From Gemmatimonadota bacterium (GTDB taxonomy: Bacteria > Gemmatimonadota > Gemmatimonadetes > Gemmatimonadales > GWC2-71-9), in the NCBI GenBank assembly GCA_031393795.1, contig JANMWE010000222.1, positions 1 through 41,008 of the forward strand: DNA of 41,008 nucleotides. Reading direction: 5' to 3'. The notes under the pieces are model-generated. The model was given only the letters and a program-made list of their open reading frames with translations, searched no databases and had not been told where the DNA came from. Positions 18,622 to 27,504 of the stretch are shown here, in pieces (position 1 is the first letter of the stretch; each line of letters starts with the position of its first letter). The position numbers and the translations under genes were made by a program.

Positions 18622-18681
18622 GGCCTCGGGCCTCAGGCCACGGGCCTCGGGGACTGATATTCCCGAGGCCTGAGGCCCAGG
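18622..18681. repeat. Heptamer-repeat palindrome (GGCCTCG-like x4 ... CGAGGCC/TGAGGCC)
   Basis: GGCCTCG GGCCTCA GGCCACG GGCCTCG, short spacer, then CGAGGCC TGAGGCC; immediately after the stop of the 584-aa gene. Confidence 0.75.
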
Positions 18682-18685
18682 TCGT

Positions 18686-20440
18686 TCACCGGCAGTAGGC
18701 GTGGATCATCGACTGCGTGCGCTGCTTGTACGTGACCACGTTCGCCAACATCTTGTCGATCGTCACGGGATTGGCGCCGGGGCCGGTCTTCCCGATGGTG
18801 AACCCGGTGTTGGATTCATCGAGCAGGGCATCCATCCGCCGGGCGATGTCGCACGACTTCCCCTGCTCCGCCTGGGTGTCGTACTTGCCGGCGGTCTGCA
18901 GCGCCGCGTACCCCATCAGCAGATTGGCGGACGGCACGATGCGGGGATCGGTCGATGCGGGCACCGCCACGTGCAGGAGCGTGTAGGCCCCTTCCGGATC
19001 AGTCGGCGCCGTGGTCAGGAGTCCGCGGGCGGCGTTGGTGAAGTTGACCGCGATGGCCAGCTTCTGCTGGTCGTCACCCTTGGCGGCGACCAACATACCA
19101 TACCGCGCGGCATCGGCCCACCGCTTCCCCTTGAGCAGGATGTCGACCGCCGCGAGCGCCGGGGTCACGTCGCTCGAATCGAGCGCGAGGACGCGGTCGG
19201 TGGTGGTCAGGATCTTGTCGGACATCCCGTTGATCGAATACGCAGCGAGCAGCTGCCCGACCAGGTTCTTGTTGGCCGGGAACTTCGATGCACCGAACTC
19301 GGCCCACCGGAGGTAGGTGGCCTTGAGGGCGGTGCTGTCGACCCATGTGACGCTGTCCCCCTGGAACAGGGCGCCGGCGGTCACCACGACACGGAAGACG
19401 AAGTTCGAGTCCGCCGCCTTGGTGCTGTCGATCAGGATGATCTGCTCGAGCGAACCGACCGAGCAGGTGTACTTGGACTGGAACAGGCAGGCGCTCGAGC
19501 GGAGGTCCCACATCGCCGTGTCGAGCGAGTCGAGCGCGATGCCGCGATTGGCCACGATCTCGGCGGCGTCCGGCCGGCCGTAGTTACGGAAGACCTTCGA
19601 GGCCGCCTCGATCAGCGTGCGGTTGGTCGGCGCCGCCTCGATGATCTGCTGCCACTTGAGCACGACGTTGGCCGTGTCGGTCTTGCTGTCGTAATAGGTC
19701 GCCAGTTCACCGAGCGCCTTCAGGGAGAGCGAGTCCGCCCGGACGGTCAGGTCGAGTTCGGGGACGTACGCCGGATCGGCGACCGAACGGGATTTGGCCA
19801 GCTGGGCCAGGCAGTAGTGCGCCAGACCGTGGGCCGGATAAGCGCGGAGCGCCTTGGCCGCCGACTCCGCCGCCTTCACCGGGCTCGTGGCCAACTGGTC
19901 CATGCACCCCTTGGCGTCGGCCTGGGCGCGCACCACCTGGGCGAACCCCGCGGCGACCGCTTCGCCGAACTGCTGCAGGGACTGTCCTGGCAGCTGCCGG
20001 ACGATGAGGGTGTTGCCGGGATCGTCGGCGCCGGTCGAAAGGCGCGCGCGGGCACGGAACTGCGTGCCCTCGCGGTTGAGCTCCGTGAACAGCAGCGTGC
20101 GCGACTGCAGCGAGCTCGCCAGCCGGTACGCGCTCTCGCGGTTCAGGATCGCGTCGGCCGGATAGGAGAACTCGGCCAACGCGTGGTTCATCTGATCGCG
20201 CGGGATCACGAAGAACGTCGTCCCGACCTGCCGGTCGAACTTCGTCCGGAGGGCGGCGCCGACGGCGACCGCGGCGGCGGAATCCGACGCGCGGTCGGTA
20301 TAGGGCGTGGCCACCAGCATCCGGGGCGCAGTGGCGGCGCCCGCCGGACGGCCACGGTTGATGGGGATCTGTGCGGCGAGAGAGCCCACGCTCACGCCGA
20401 TGAGCGCGAGCATCGGGACGGTCCTGCGCAGCAGCGACAT
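18686..20440 (-). CDS. Secreted/periplasmic alpha-solenoid (TPR-like) protein, 584 aa
   Basis: Sec-type signal peptide (MSLLRRTVPMLALIGVSVGSLAAQ), strong SD GGAGGT, TPR-like helices (AKALRAYPAHGLAHYCLAQL, RGIALDSLDTAMW), six Cys. Confidence 0.75.
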   Translation of the reverse strand: MSLLRRTVPMLALIGVSVGSLAAQIPINRGRPAGAATAPRMLVATPYTDRASDSAAAVAVGAALRTKFDRQVGTTFFVIPRDQMNHALAEFSYPADAILNRESAYRLASSLQSRTLLFTELNREGTQFRARARLSTGADDPGNTLIVRQLPGQSLQQFGEAVAAGFAQVVRAQADAKGCMDQLATSPVKAAESAAKALRAYPAHGLAHYCLAQLAKSRSVADPAYVPELDLTVRADSLSLKALGELATYYDSKTDTANVVLKWQQIIEAAPTNRTLIEAASKVFRNYGRPDAAEIVANRGIALDSLDTAMWDLRSSACLFQSKYTCSVGSLEQIILIDSTKAADSNFVFRVVVTAGALFQGDSVTWVDSTALKATYLRWAEFGASKFPANKNLVGQLLAAYSINGMSDKILTTTDRVLALDSSDVTPALAAVDILLKGKRWADAARYGMLVAAKGDDQQKLAIAVNFTNAARGLLTTAPTDPEGAYTLLHVAVPASTDPRIVPSANLLMGYAALQTAGKYDTQAEQGKSCDIARRMDALLDESNTGFTIGKTGPGANPVTIDKMLANVVTYKQRTQSMIHAYCR

Positions 20441-20510
20441 CGCTATCTACCTCCCAAACGGTTCAGGCGCGCGGCGAATGGCCGCAGAATGCGCCGAGTG
20501 AGACGGGCCA

Positions 20511-20585
20511 TGGGCGAAGAGGGATTCGAACCCCCGACATCCTGCGTGTAAGGCAGGCGCTCTGGACCAGCTGAGCTATTCGCCC
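20511..20585 (-). tRNA. tRNA-Val (TAC)
   Basis: GGGCGAATAGCTCAGCTGGTCCAGAGCGCCTGCCTTACACGCAGGATGTCGGGGGTTCGAATCCCTCTTCGCCCA; anticodon loop CTTACAC; CCA not encoded. Confidence 0.97.
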
Positions 20586-20593
20586 CGAAGATC

Positions 20594-20782
20594 CTAGAGC
20601 GCCAACCCTACAGGCACCAACACACAGTAACCGAGGACCAACAGTATCGAAGCGGGAGTGGTACTCCCTGCACTGAGCAGCAAGTACCCTGCCACCAGAC
20701 TTACGGCCCCGAGGCCGAGGATAACGAGGTTCCTTCGACCGAGGGGGAAACCGCTGCGGCCAGAAGTGGCGGAAGTGACCAT
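20594..20782 (-). CDS. Small two-TM membrane protein (DUF3098-like)
   Basis: 62 aa, FPLGRRNLVILGLG...GYLLL...ILLVLGYCVLVPVGL; pattern resembles DUF3098 small proteins; own promoter immediately upstream. Confidence 0.65.
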   Translation of the reverse strand: MVTSATSGRSGFPLGRRNLVILGLGAVSLVAGYLLLSAGSTTPASILLVLGYCVLVPVGLAL

Positions 20783-20790
20783 AGAATTGA

Positions 20791-20819
20791 AGGTTACACC
20801 CCCTGCGGTCCTTGGTCAA
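20791..20819 (-). promoter_or_regulatory. Putative sigma70 promoter for the small membrane protein gene and tRNA-Val
   Basis: TTGACC-17 bp-TAACCT; -10 box ends 8 nt before the ATG at 20782; no SD. Confidence 0.6.
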
Positions 20820-21729
20820 TCGGAGGCGGCGGCCCCTCGCCGGGCGTGGGAACGCTCGCCTCTTCCGGGGGAAGTTCCCACCCCGTATCGAGGGCGGCAC
20901 GGCGCGGACGCTCCCGGCGTCGGCGGAGCCACCACGCCACCGCGACCACCAGCCCGACCAGCGACCACCACCCCCCGGCGATGAACCAGAGCACGCCGCG
21001 GAACCGCTGCCGGGTCTCCTGCTGCCACTCCGACTCGAAGCGCGAGAGCTCGCGCCCGGTGACCGAGTGCACCGCATTCGCGAACTCTTCTCCCCGGGCC
21101 AGGCTGTCGATGAGCGGAGCGAGATCCCCGCCGGGGATCCGCTCGGCGAGCGCGCTGACCGCCGACTCGGCGAGTCCGTAGGCCCGATCCGCCATCGGCG
21201 CCGCCGAGCGGAGCTGGCCGTCGAGGTCGCCGAGAGTGGGGACGCCGGTGGCGAGCACGCTCAGGTGCATTTCGAGCGCGGTGAGGCGGTCCCACTCGCC
21301 GGCGGCGAGGGCGGCGTAGCCTTCGTCGAACCAGAGTGGAAGCCGGCTCCGGACGGCGCCCCGGAGGACGAGGTGCGCCAGCTCGTGACGCAGCGTGCGA
21401 GGGAGATCCGGGAGGTCGGCTCGGAGAATGATGGTGCGGCTCTCGGGGAAGGCGACCGCCGCCCCCCACCCCGGGGCGCGCCCCCGGGAGAGCCGGGACA
21501 TCTCCCCCGAATCGGCCACGAGCACGAGCTGGAGCGGCCCCGGCGACCGGCGTCCGAGACCGGGCCAGGTCGTGGGACGATCCGCCAGTTCGGCCAACCC
21601 GATGGCGGCGTCGAGCCGTCGGGCCGTGGCGACGGCGCGAACATCGCCGACCTGGGCCACCCGGAACGAATCGGCCGGGGTCGCCTGTTGGGCGGCCCCG
21701 GCCAGCACCAGCAGCAGCCCCCCGATCAC
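20794..21729 (-). CDS. Membrane-anchored zinc metallopeptidase (peptidase MA-like)
   Basis: GTG 21729 overlaps the upstream stop; signal peptide VIGGLLLVLAGAAQ, HELAH (HExxH) plus PLWFDEGYA, C-terminal TM followed by RRRRER. Confidence 0.8.
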   Translation of the reverse strand: MIGGLLLVLAGAAQQATPADSFRVAQVGDVRAVATARRLDAAIGLAELADRPTTWPGLGRRSPGPLQLVLVADSGEMSRLSRGRAPGWGAAVAFPESRTIILRADLPDLPRTLRHELAHLVLRGAVRSRLPLWFDEGYAALAAGEWDRLTALEMHLSVLATGVPTLGDLDGQLRSAAPMADRAYGLAESAVSALAERIPGGDLAPLIDSLARGEEFANAVHSVTGRELSRFESEWQQETRQRFRGVLWFIAGGWWSLVGLVVAVAWWLRRRRERPRRAALDTGWELPPEEASVPTPGEGPPPPIDQGPQGV

Positions 21730-22604
21730 GCCTGGGTCGCCGTCCGCGGAGGCTCCTCGCCCCTGGCCACGAGGTCGAGCATCTCCTTGCAGCGCTTCCC
21801 CCATGGATTGAACTTGTTGGCCTTGTGTCCGTCGCTCCACGCCTTCTTGGCGCCGTCCGGGTCGCCGGCGAACCAGCGGGCCCGCCCGAGTTCGTACCAG
21901 GCCTCGATCAGGTTGGGGCCGAACTGCAGCGTCTTCTCGAAGAACACCTGCGCATCCTCGAACATCTCGCGCTCGAGGTACACGAGACCGAGATAGTAGT
22001 GCGCGTAGAGGGTGGCCTTGCGGTCGTTGTCGAGCCGGATGGCCTTGGAGAGGTGTTCGATCGCCTCGCCGAAGATCCGCTTCTTGAGGCAGATGTAGCC
22101 GACGTTGATCCGCGCCAGCGAATTGGCCGGCTCCTTCATCAGCACCTTCGAAAAGGTGGCCAGCGCGTCGTCGTAATCCTCGTGCAGCATCTGGGCCCAC
22201 CCGAGCAGCGACTGGGCTTGGACCTCGTTGGGCGAGAGCGTGAGGGCCTTCTCGAGCGCCTGGATGGCCCCGGAGTAATCACCCAGGGAGATCAGGCTCC
22301 ACCCCTTTTCGATGAAGGTGCTCGCCCCGATGTGGTCGGCCTGCACCACGGGGCGCTGGCCCGTGAACATCGGCGCCGGCGCGGTGGCGGTGTCGGCGGC
22401 CTGGGACTTGTACTTGTCCACCAGCTGACGGATATCCTCCTTCAGTTGCCCGAGCTCGGTGAGCGTCCCATCGACCCGCTTGAAGAGGGCGATGATCTCG
22501 CGCTTGACCGTTTCGCGCTCGGCGAACGCCTGGGCGGCGTCGAGCTTGGTGCTGATCTCCTGGTATTGCTGACGGAGCGAGACGACGAATGGTTCAGCAC
22601 TCAT
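21726..22604 (-). CDS. Coiled-coil plus TPR protein
   Basis: Start MSAEPFVV (ATG 22604); N-terminal heptads, then about 5 TPRs (YSGAIQALEKALTLSPNE, AQVFFEKTLQFGPNLIEAWYELG). Confidence 0.85.
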   Translation of the reverse strand: MSAEPFVVSLRQQYQEISTKLDAAQAFAERETVKREIIALFKRVDGTLTELGQLKEDIRQLVDKYKSQAADTATAPAPMFTGQRPVVQADHIGASTFIEKGWSLISLGDYSGAIQALEKALTLSPNEVQAQSLLGWAQMLHEDYDDALATFSKVLMKEPANSLARINVGYICLKKRIFGEAIEHLSKAIRLDNDRKATLYAHYYLGLVYLEREMFEDAQVFFEKTLQFGPNLIEAWYELGRARWFAGDPDGAKKAWSDGHKANKFNPWGKRCKEMLDLVARGEEPPRTATQA

Positions 22605-22611
22605 CGGATGA

Positions 22612-23082
22612 TCAGGCCGCGCCCACGGACTTGAGGGCGAGCCGCTCCTTGGACGACAAGAGCCGCCCGGCGTTGAGGATGACGACGGTCCGCTCACCTT
22701 CGCGCACGAGCAGGCCGCTGATGTATTCGGCGGCGAGGCCCCGCACCAGGGGCGGGGGCGCGGCGATGGCGCCACCGTCCACCCGGGCCACGTCGAGCAC
22801 CTGGTCGACCACGATGCCGACCCGCTGCCCTTCGATGTCCAGGACCATCATCCGCGTCTCCTCCGTCAAGTCGGCCTTGAGCGAGAGCCGCTTCCGCAGG
22901 TCGATGACGGGGACCGAGATCCCTTCGAAGGTCACGACCCCCTCGAGGTAGTCGGGGGATTTGGGGAGGGCGGCGGGCTGTTCGTAGCGCAGGATCCGCT
23001 CGACCTGGAATACGTTCAGGCCGAACTCCTGGCTTCCCACCCGGAAGCACACGATCTGGATCTCGTCGCCGGTGGTCGTCAC
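22612..23082 (-). CDS. cheW: Chemotaxis coupling protein CheW
   Basis: IVCFRVGSQEFGLNVFQVERI, LPKSPDYLEGV, VPVIDLRKRL, VGIVVDQV. GTG start 23082. Confidence 0.92.
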   Translation of the reverse strand: MTTTGDEIQIVCFRVGSQEFGLNVFQVERILRYEQPAALPKSPDYLEGVVTFEGISVPVIDLRKRLSLKADLTEETRMMVLDIEGQRVGIVVDQVLDVARVDGGAIAAPPPLVRGLAAEYISGLLVREGERTVVILNAGRLLSSKERLALKSVGAA

Positions 23083-23500
23083 GTGGAGGCTCCCGCGCCG
23101 GCGATGCGTTCGCCGAGGGCGTTGAGGTCGAGGATCGGGACGGTCCCGTCCTGCTGTCGCGCGATAGCCGCGGCGTAGGGGAGGCCCGGCAGACCGACCG
23201 CCGGCAGCACCTCCCCGCGTTGCACCACAAAAGCGTCGTCGACTTCGAGGCAGATCGGCCGGCCGGCCGCGCGGACCAGCACCGTGGCGGTGCCGCGGGT
23301 CTCGGGTGCGGGGCCTCCGGCGAGGAACGCGCCCAGATGGAGGAGCGGCACGAGGCGCCCGCGCGATTCGATCACGCCCCGCATCGACTCGAGGAGGCTC
23401 GGCGCCGGCAGCACGGCCCCGAGTTCTCCGACCTCGAGCACGTCGGCCGCGGGCAGGCCCAGTCGGCGGCCGTCGGCCTCGACCTCGAGCCAGGTGGCGA

Positions 23501-23504
<4 letters not shown>
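23079..23504 (-). CDS. cheW: Divergent CheW-like protein
   Basis: [41 protein letters not shown]. Confidence 0.78.
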
Positions 23505-24572
<1,068 letters not shown>

Positions 24573-24589
<17 letters not shown>

Positions 24590-25061
24590 CGGTCGCCAGG
24601 GTGCGGATCCAGAGGGATCCATCGTTGGCCTGCAGGCGGAGGGAGCGACCGGTCGTGCCGCCGGTGGCCTCCGCCGTGATCTTCACGCCTTGTTCCTGCA
24701 GCACCTGGCGCGTCGCCACGACATTCCGTTCTCCCATCTGGACCGCGCCCGACGGCGACAGGTTGCCGAACATCGATGCCCCGCCCACCAGGCGGGCGGT
24801 GATCCGAGTGCGGTCCGCCCCGAGCGCTTCCATCTTCTCGAGCAGGAGCGGCACCGCCGACTGCGGGAACTTGGCGGGGTTCTCGATGGAGCGGCTGAGG
24901 CTCTTGTTGGGGAGGAGGATGTGGGCCATCCCGGCGACCAGCGCGACGGGGTCGTGCAGGCAGATGGCCACGCAGCTCCCGAGCCCCAGGGTGACGAGTT
25001 CGGCGTCGCCCGCGGCGGTGTTGAGGTCCGCCACCTTGACCACGATCGAGCCCGGCTTCAC
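24573..25061 (-). CDS. cheD: Chemoreceptor glutamine deamidase CheD
   Basis: TLGLGSCVA (Cys), GMAHILLP (His), GGASMF, GERNV, GGTTGR. GTG start 25061. Confidence 0.95.
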
Positions 25062-25885
25062 CCGGGCTTCCGGAAGATACGTTCGCGCACGTCGACCACT
25101 TCCAGCCGCTCGCGCGCGACACCCATCAGGGTCTCGACCTTGCCGAGCAGCAGGAAGCCGCCGGGCGCGAGCGCCGAGGCGAAATGCTCGAAGAGCCGTT
25201 CCTGCCCGTCCCGGTCGAAATAGATCACCACGTTGCGACACACGACGAGATCATAGGGTGGGGTCGGTGGCGGTTCGCGCAGGAGGTCCTGACGGCGCAC
25301 GTCGACCATTCGCTTGAGGATCGGGACCACTTCCCGGTCGTCGGTGCCGACGGGCCGGAAATACTTGGCGGTGAGTGCCGGCGGCATCTCCATGAACGCG
25401 GAGGTCGGGTACCGACCGGTGCGGGCACGGGCCATCACCAGCTCATCGATGTCGGTGGCGACGATGCGAGCCCGGTTGGCCCAGGCGGGCTTCCCCATCC
25501 GTTCGGCCTCTTCCGCCAGGATCAGTGCGAGCGTGTACGGCTCTTCGCCGGAGGAACAGCCCGCGCTCCAGACCCGCACCGCCCCTTCGCGCGCCGTCAG
25601 CAGACCGGGCAGGACCAGGGTGCGCAGGCGCTCCCAGGTCTCCGGGTTCCGGTAGAGCCGCGTGACGTTGATGGTCAGCGTGTCCTTCAACTTTTCGAGC
25701 TCGGCGGGATCCTGCCGCAGCAGATCGCTGTACGCGCCGTAGCTCTCGGCACCGCGGGCCCGCATCCGCACCGCGATCCGGCGGCGGAGGACCTTCTCCT
25801 TGTAGTCGGCGAGCTGCATCCCCGCCGCCCGGGCGATCTCGCCGGTGAGGCGCGCGAAGCCCTCGGGATCGCCGGTGAGCATCAT
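25058..25885 (-). CDS. cheR: Chemotaxis methyltransferase CheR
   Basis: LTINVT, WSAGCSSGEEPYTLA, ATDID, CRNVVIYFD, LLGKVE. Start at 25885 or 25882. Confidence 0.95.
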   Translation of the reverse strand: MMLTGDPEGFARLTGEIARAAGMQLADYKEKVLRRRIAVRMRARGAESYGAYSDLLRQDPAELEKLKDTLTINVTRLYRNPETWERLRTLVLPGLLTAREGAVRVWSAGCSSGEEPYTLALILAEEAERMGKPAWANRARIVATDIDELVMARARTGRYPTSAFMEMPPALTAKYFRPVGTDDREVVPILKRMVDVRRQDLLREPPPTPPYDLVVCRNVVIYFDRDGQERLFEHFASALAPGGFLLLGKVETLMGVARERLEVVDVRERIFRKPG

Positions 25886-27504
25886 GCCCCCGCGGTCTCC
25901 AGCGCCTCGAGATTGGTGCGCGCCAGCTGGTGGCCGGGGTTGAGCGCCAGCACGCGCTTCCAATGCTCGCGCGCCTGCGCGGTGTCGCGCTGGCGGAACG
26001 CGATGTTGCCGAGCTTGAAGAAGAGGTCGTCGCCCAGGTCGGGCGCCAGCTTCGCGGCGCGCTGGTACGCCTCGGCCGCTTCCTCGTACTTCCCGCCGCG
26101 ATAGAGCAGGTCGCCCAGGTTCTTCGAGAGCTGCGGCAAGGCGGGATCGTCGCGGAGGGCCTCGCGCACGACGGTCTCGCTCCGGTCGAGGTCACCCATC
26201 AACTCGAGCAGGACGCCGAAATTGTTCCGGAGCGCCGGATGGGCGGGATACTTCTCCACCCCTTCCTCGGCGGTACGCAGCGCGTTCTCCAGGTCGCTGT
26301 CGAGCGCCTGCCCCAGGCTCATCGCCCAGAACCAGACGGCGGGGGGCTGCTTCTGCCCGTGCAGCTCGCGCGCCCGCTGCAACCGGCCGACCGCCACGTG
26401 CGCGTCCCCCTTCTTGAGCGCCGCGATGGCCCATCCGGTCATCAACCGGGGATCCTCGCGCGACCGGCTCACCGCCTCACCATAGCACGCCTCGGCGTCG
26501 GCGATGCGCCCCATCTGCTCCATCCCGAACGCCAGGTTGGCGAGGACCGCCGGTCGGGGGCCGCCCCGTTCGCCGGCCAGCTTGAGCGACTCGACCGCAT
26601 CCGCCCACTTGGCCTGCTTGAGGGAGATGAGCCCGATGAAGAAGGGGGCGCTCGCCTCGGAGGGGCGGAGGTCGGCCACGCGGCGGAACTCGCGCTGGGC
26701 CTCGTCGAGCATGCCGGTCTTGAAGAAGGCGATGCCGAGGTTCCGGTGCTCCTCGATGCGGGCCGCATTGACCTTGGGTTCGGCCGACACAGCGGAGCTT
26801 CCCGCCCGGTGCGCGAACCCGGCGGTGATAAGGCCGTAGAGCGACTTGCCGACCTCGAACTCGACCAGCCCGGAATCCTCGACCAGCTGGTGGATGTCGC
26901 GCTTGCCGTCGAGGAGCGGGACGATCCGTTCCTGGTCGGCGGAGAGCTGGACCCCCGACTCGGCGAGGTGCTTCTGGTCGACGGTGAAGATCAGGTCGAA
27001 GCTCGGGATCTTCTTTTCAATGAGGCTCCACTCGTCGACCCGCCGCGCCCCTTCCAGGAGGAGCGACTCGGGGTTGATCCGGACCAGGAAGTCCTGGCGC
27101 TCCGGCTTGACGCCCGCCTCGAAATTGAACGTCCCGCTGGTCCAGGTGAAGAGGAAGTAGACCGCCTCCTCGATCTGGACCGACATGTACTCCTCGAGCT
27201 GCGGCCGCTTGATGGCCCCGATGTTCACGAGGATCTCGCCGAGCTTCTGCTCGCGAAACTCCTCCTGCATCGCGATGGCCTGCTCGAGCTGGGCCTCGGT
27301 GATCTTGCTGTTCTTGACGAGGATGTCGCCCAGTCGATCGCGCCGGTTGACGATGGAGGCGTAGCAGATCCGTCCCTCGTCGAAGTAGATGTACCCGAAG
27401 TTCTGCTTGTCGGCCACGGCCAGGCAGCCCGTCTTCCGCCCCAGCGCCAGCAGCTGGAGGACGTCCGGGAGGGACGCTTCCTTGAGACTCCCCTTGATGG
27501 CCAC
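25882..27504 (-). CDS. DUF4388 (PATAN-like)-MshEN-TPR protein
   Basis: GSLKEASLPDVLQLL..RKTGCL, FTWTSGTFNF, LLLEGARRVDEW (DUF4388); tandem RLGDILV...Q / KLGEILV...Q motifs; about 8 C-terminal TPRs. Confidence 0.88.
   Translation of the reverse strand: MAIKGSLKEASLPDVLQLLALGRKTGCLAVADKQNFGYIYFDEGRICYASIVNRRDRLGDILVKNSKITEAQLEQAIAMQEEFREQKLGEILVNIGAIKRPQLEEYMSVQIEEAVYFLFTWTSGTFNFEAGVKPERQDFLVRINPESLLLEGARRVDEWSLIEKKIPSFDLIFTVDQKHLAESGVQLSADQERIVPLLDGKRDIHQLVEDSGLVEFEVGKSLYGLITAGFAHRAGSSAVSAEPKVNAARIEEHRNLGIAFFKTGMLDEAQREFRRVADLRPSEASAPFFIGLISLKQAKWADAVESLKLAGERGGPRPAVLANLAFGMEQMGRIADAEACYGEAVSRSREDPRLMTGWAIAALKKGDAHVAVGRLQRARELHGQKQPPAVWFWAMSLGQALDSDLENALRTAEEGVEKYPAHPALRNNFGVLLELMGDLDRSETVVREALRDDPALPQLSKNLGDLLYRGGKYEEAAEAYQRAAKLAPDLGDDLFFKLGNIAFRQRDTAQAREHWKRVLALNPGHQLARTNLEALETAGA

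Noticed and set aside
18504-20585. tRNA-anchored genomic island or prophage
   Set aside because: No integrase, no duplicated tRNA 3' end seen, and the intervening gene has host-like codon usage.
21726-22604. Cryptic chemoreceptor
   Set aside because: The coiled coil is only about 70 aa and lacks the MCP hairpin-tip signature; the rest is TPR.
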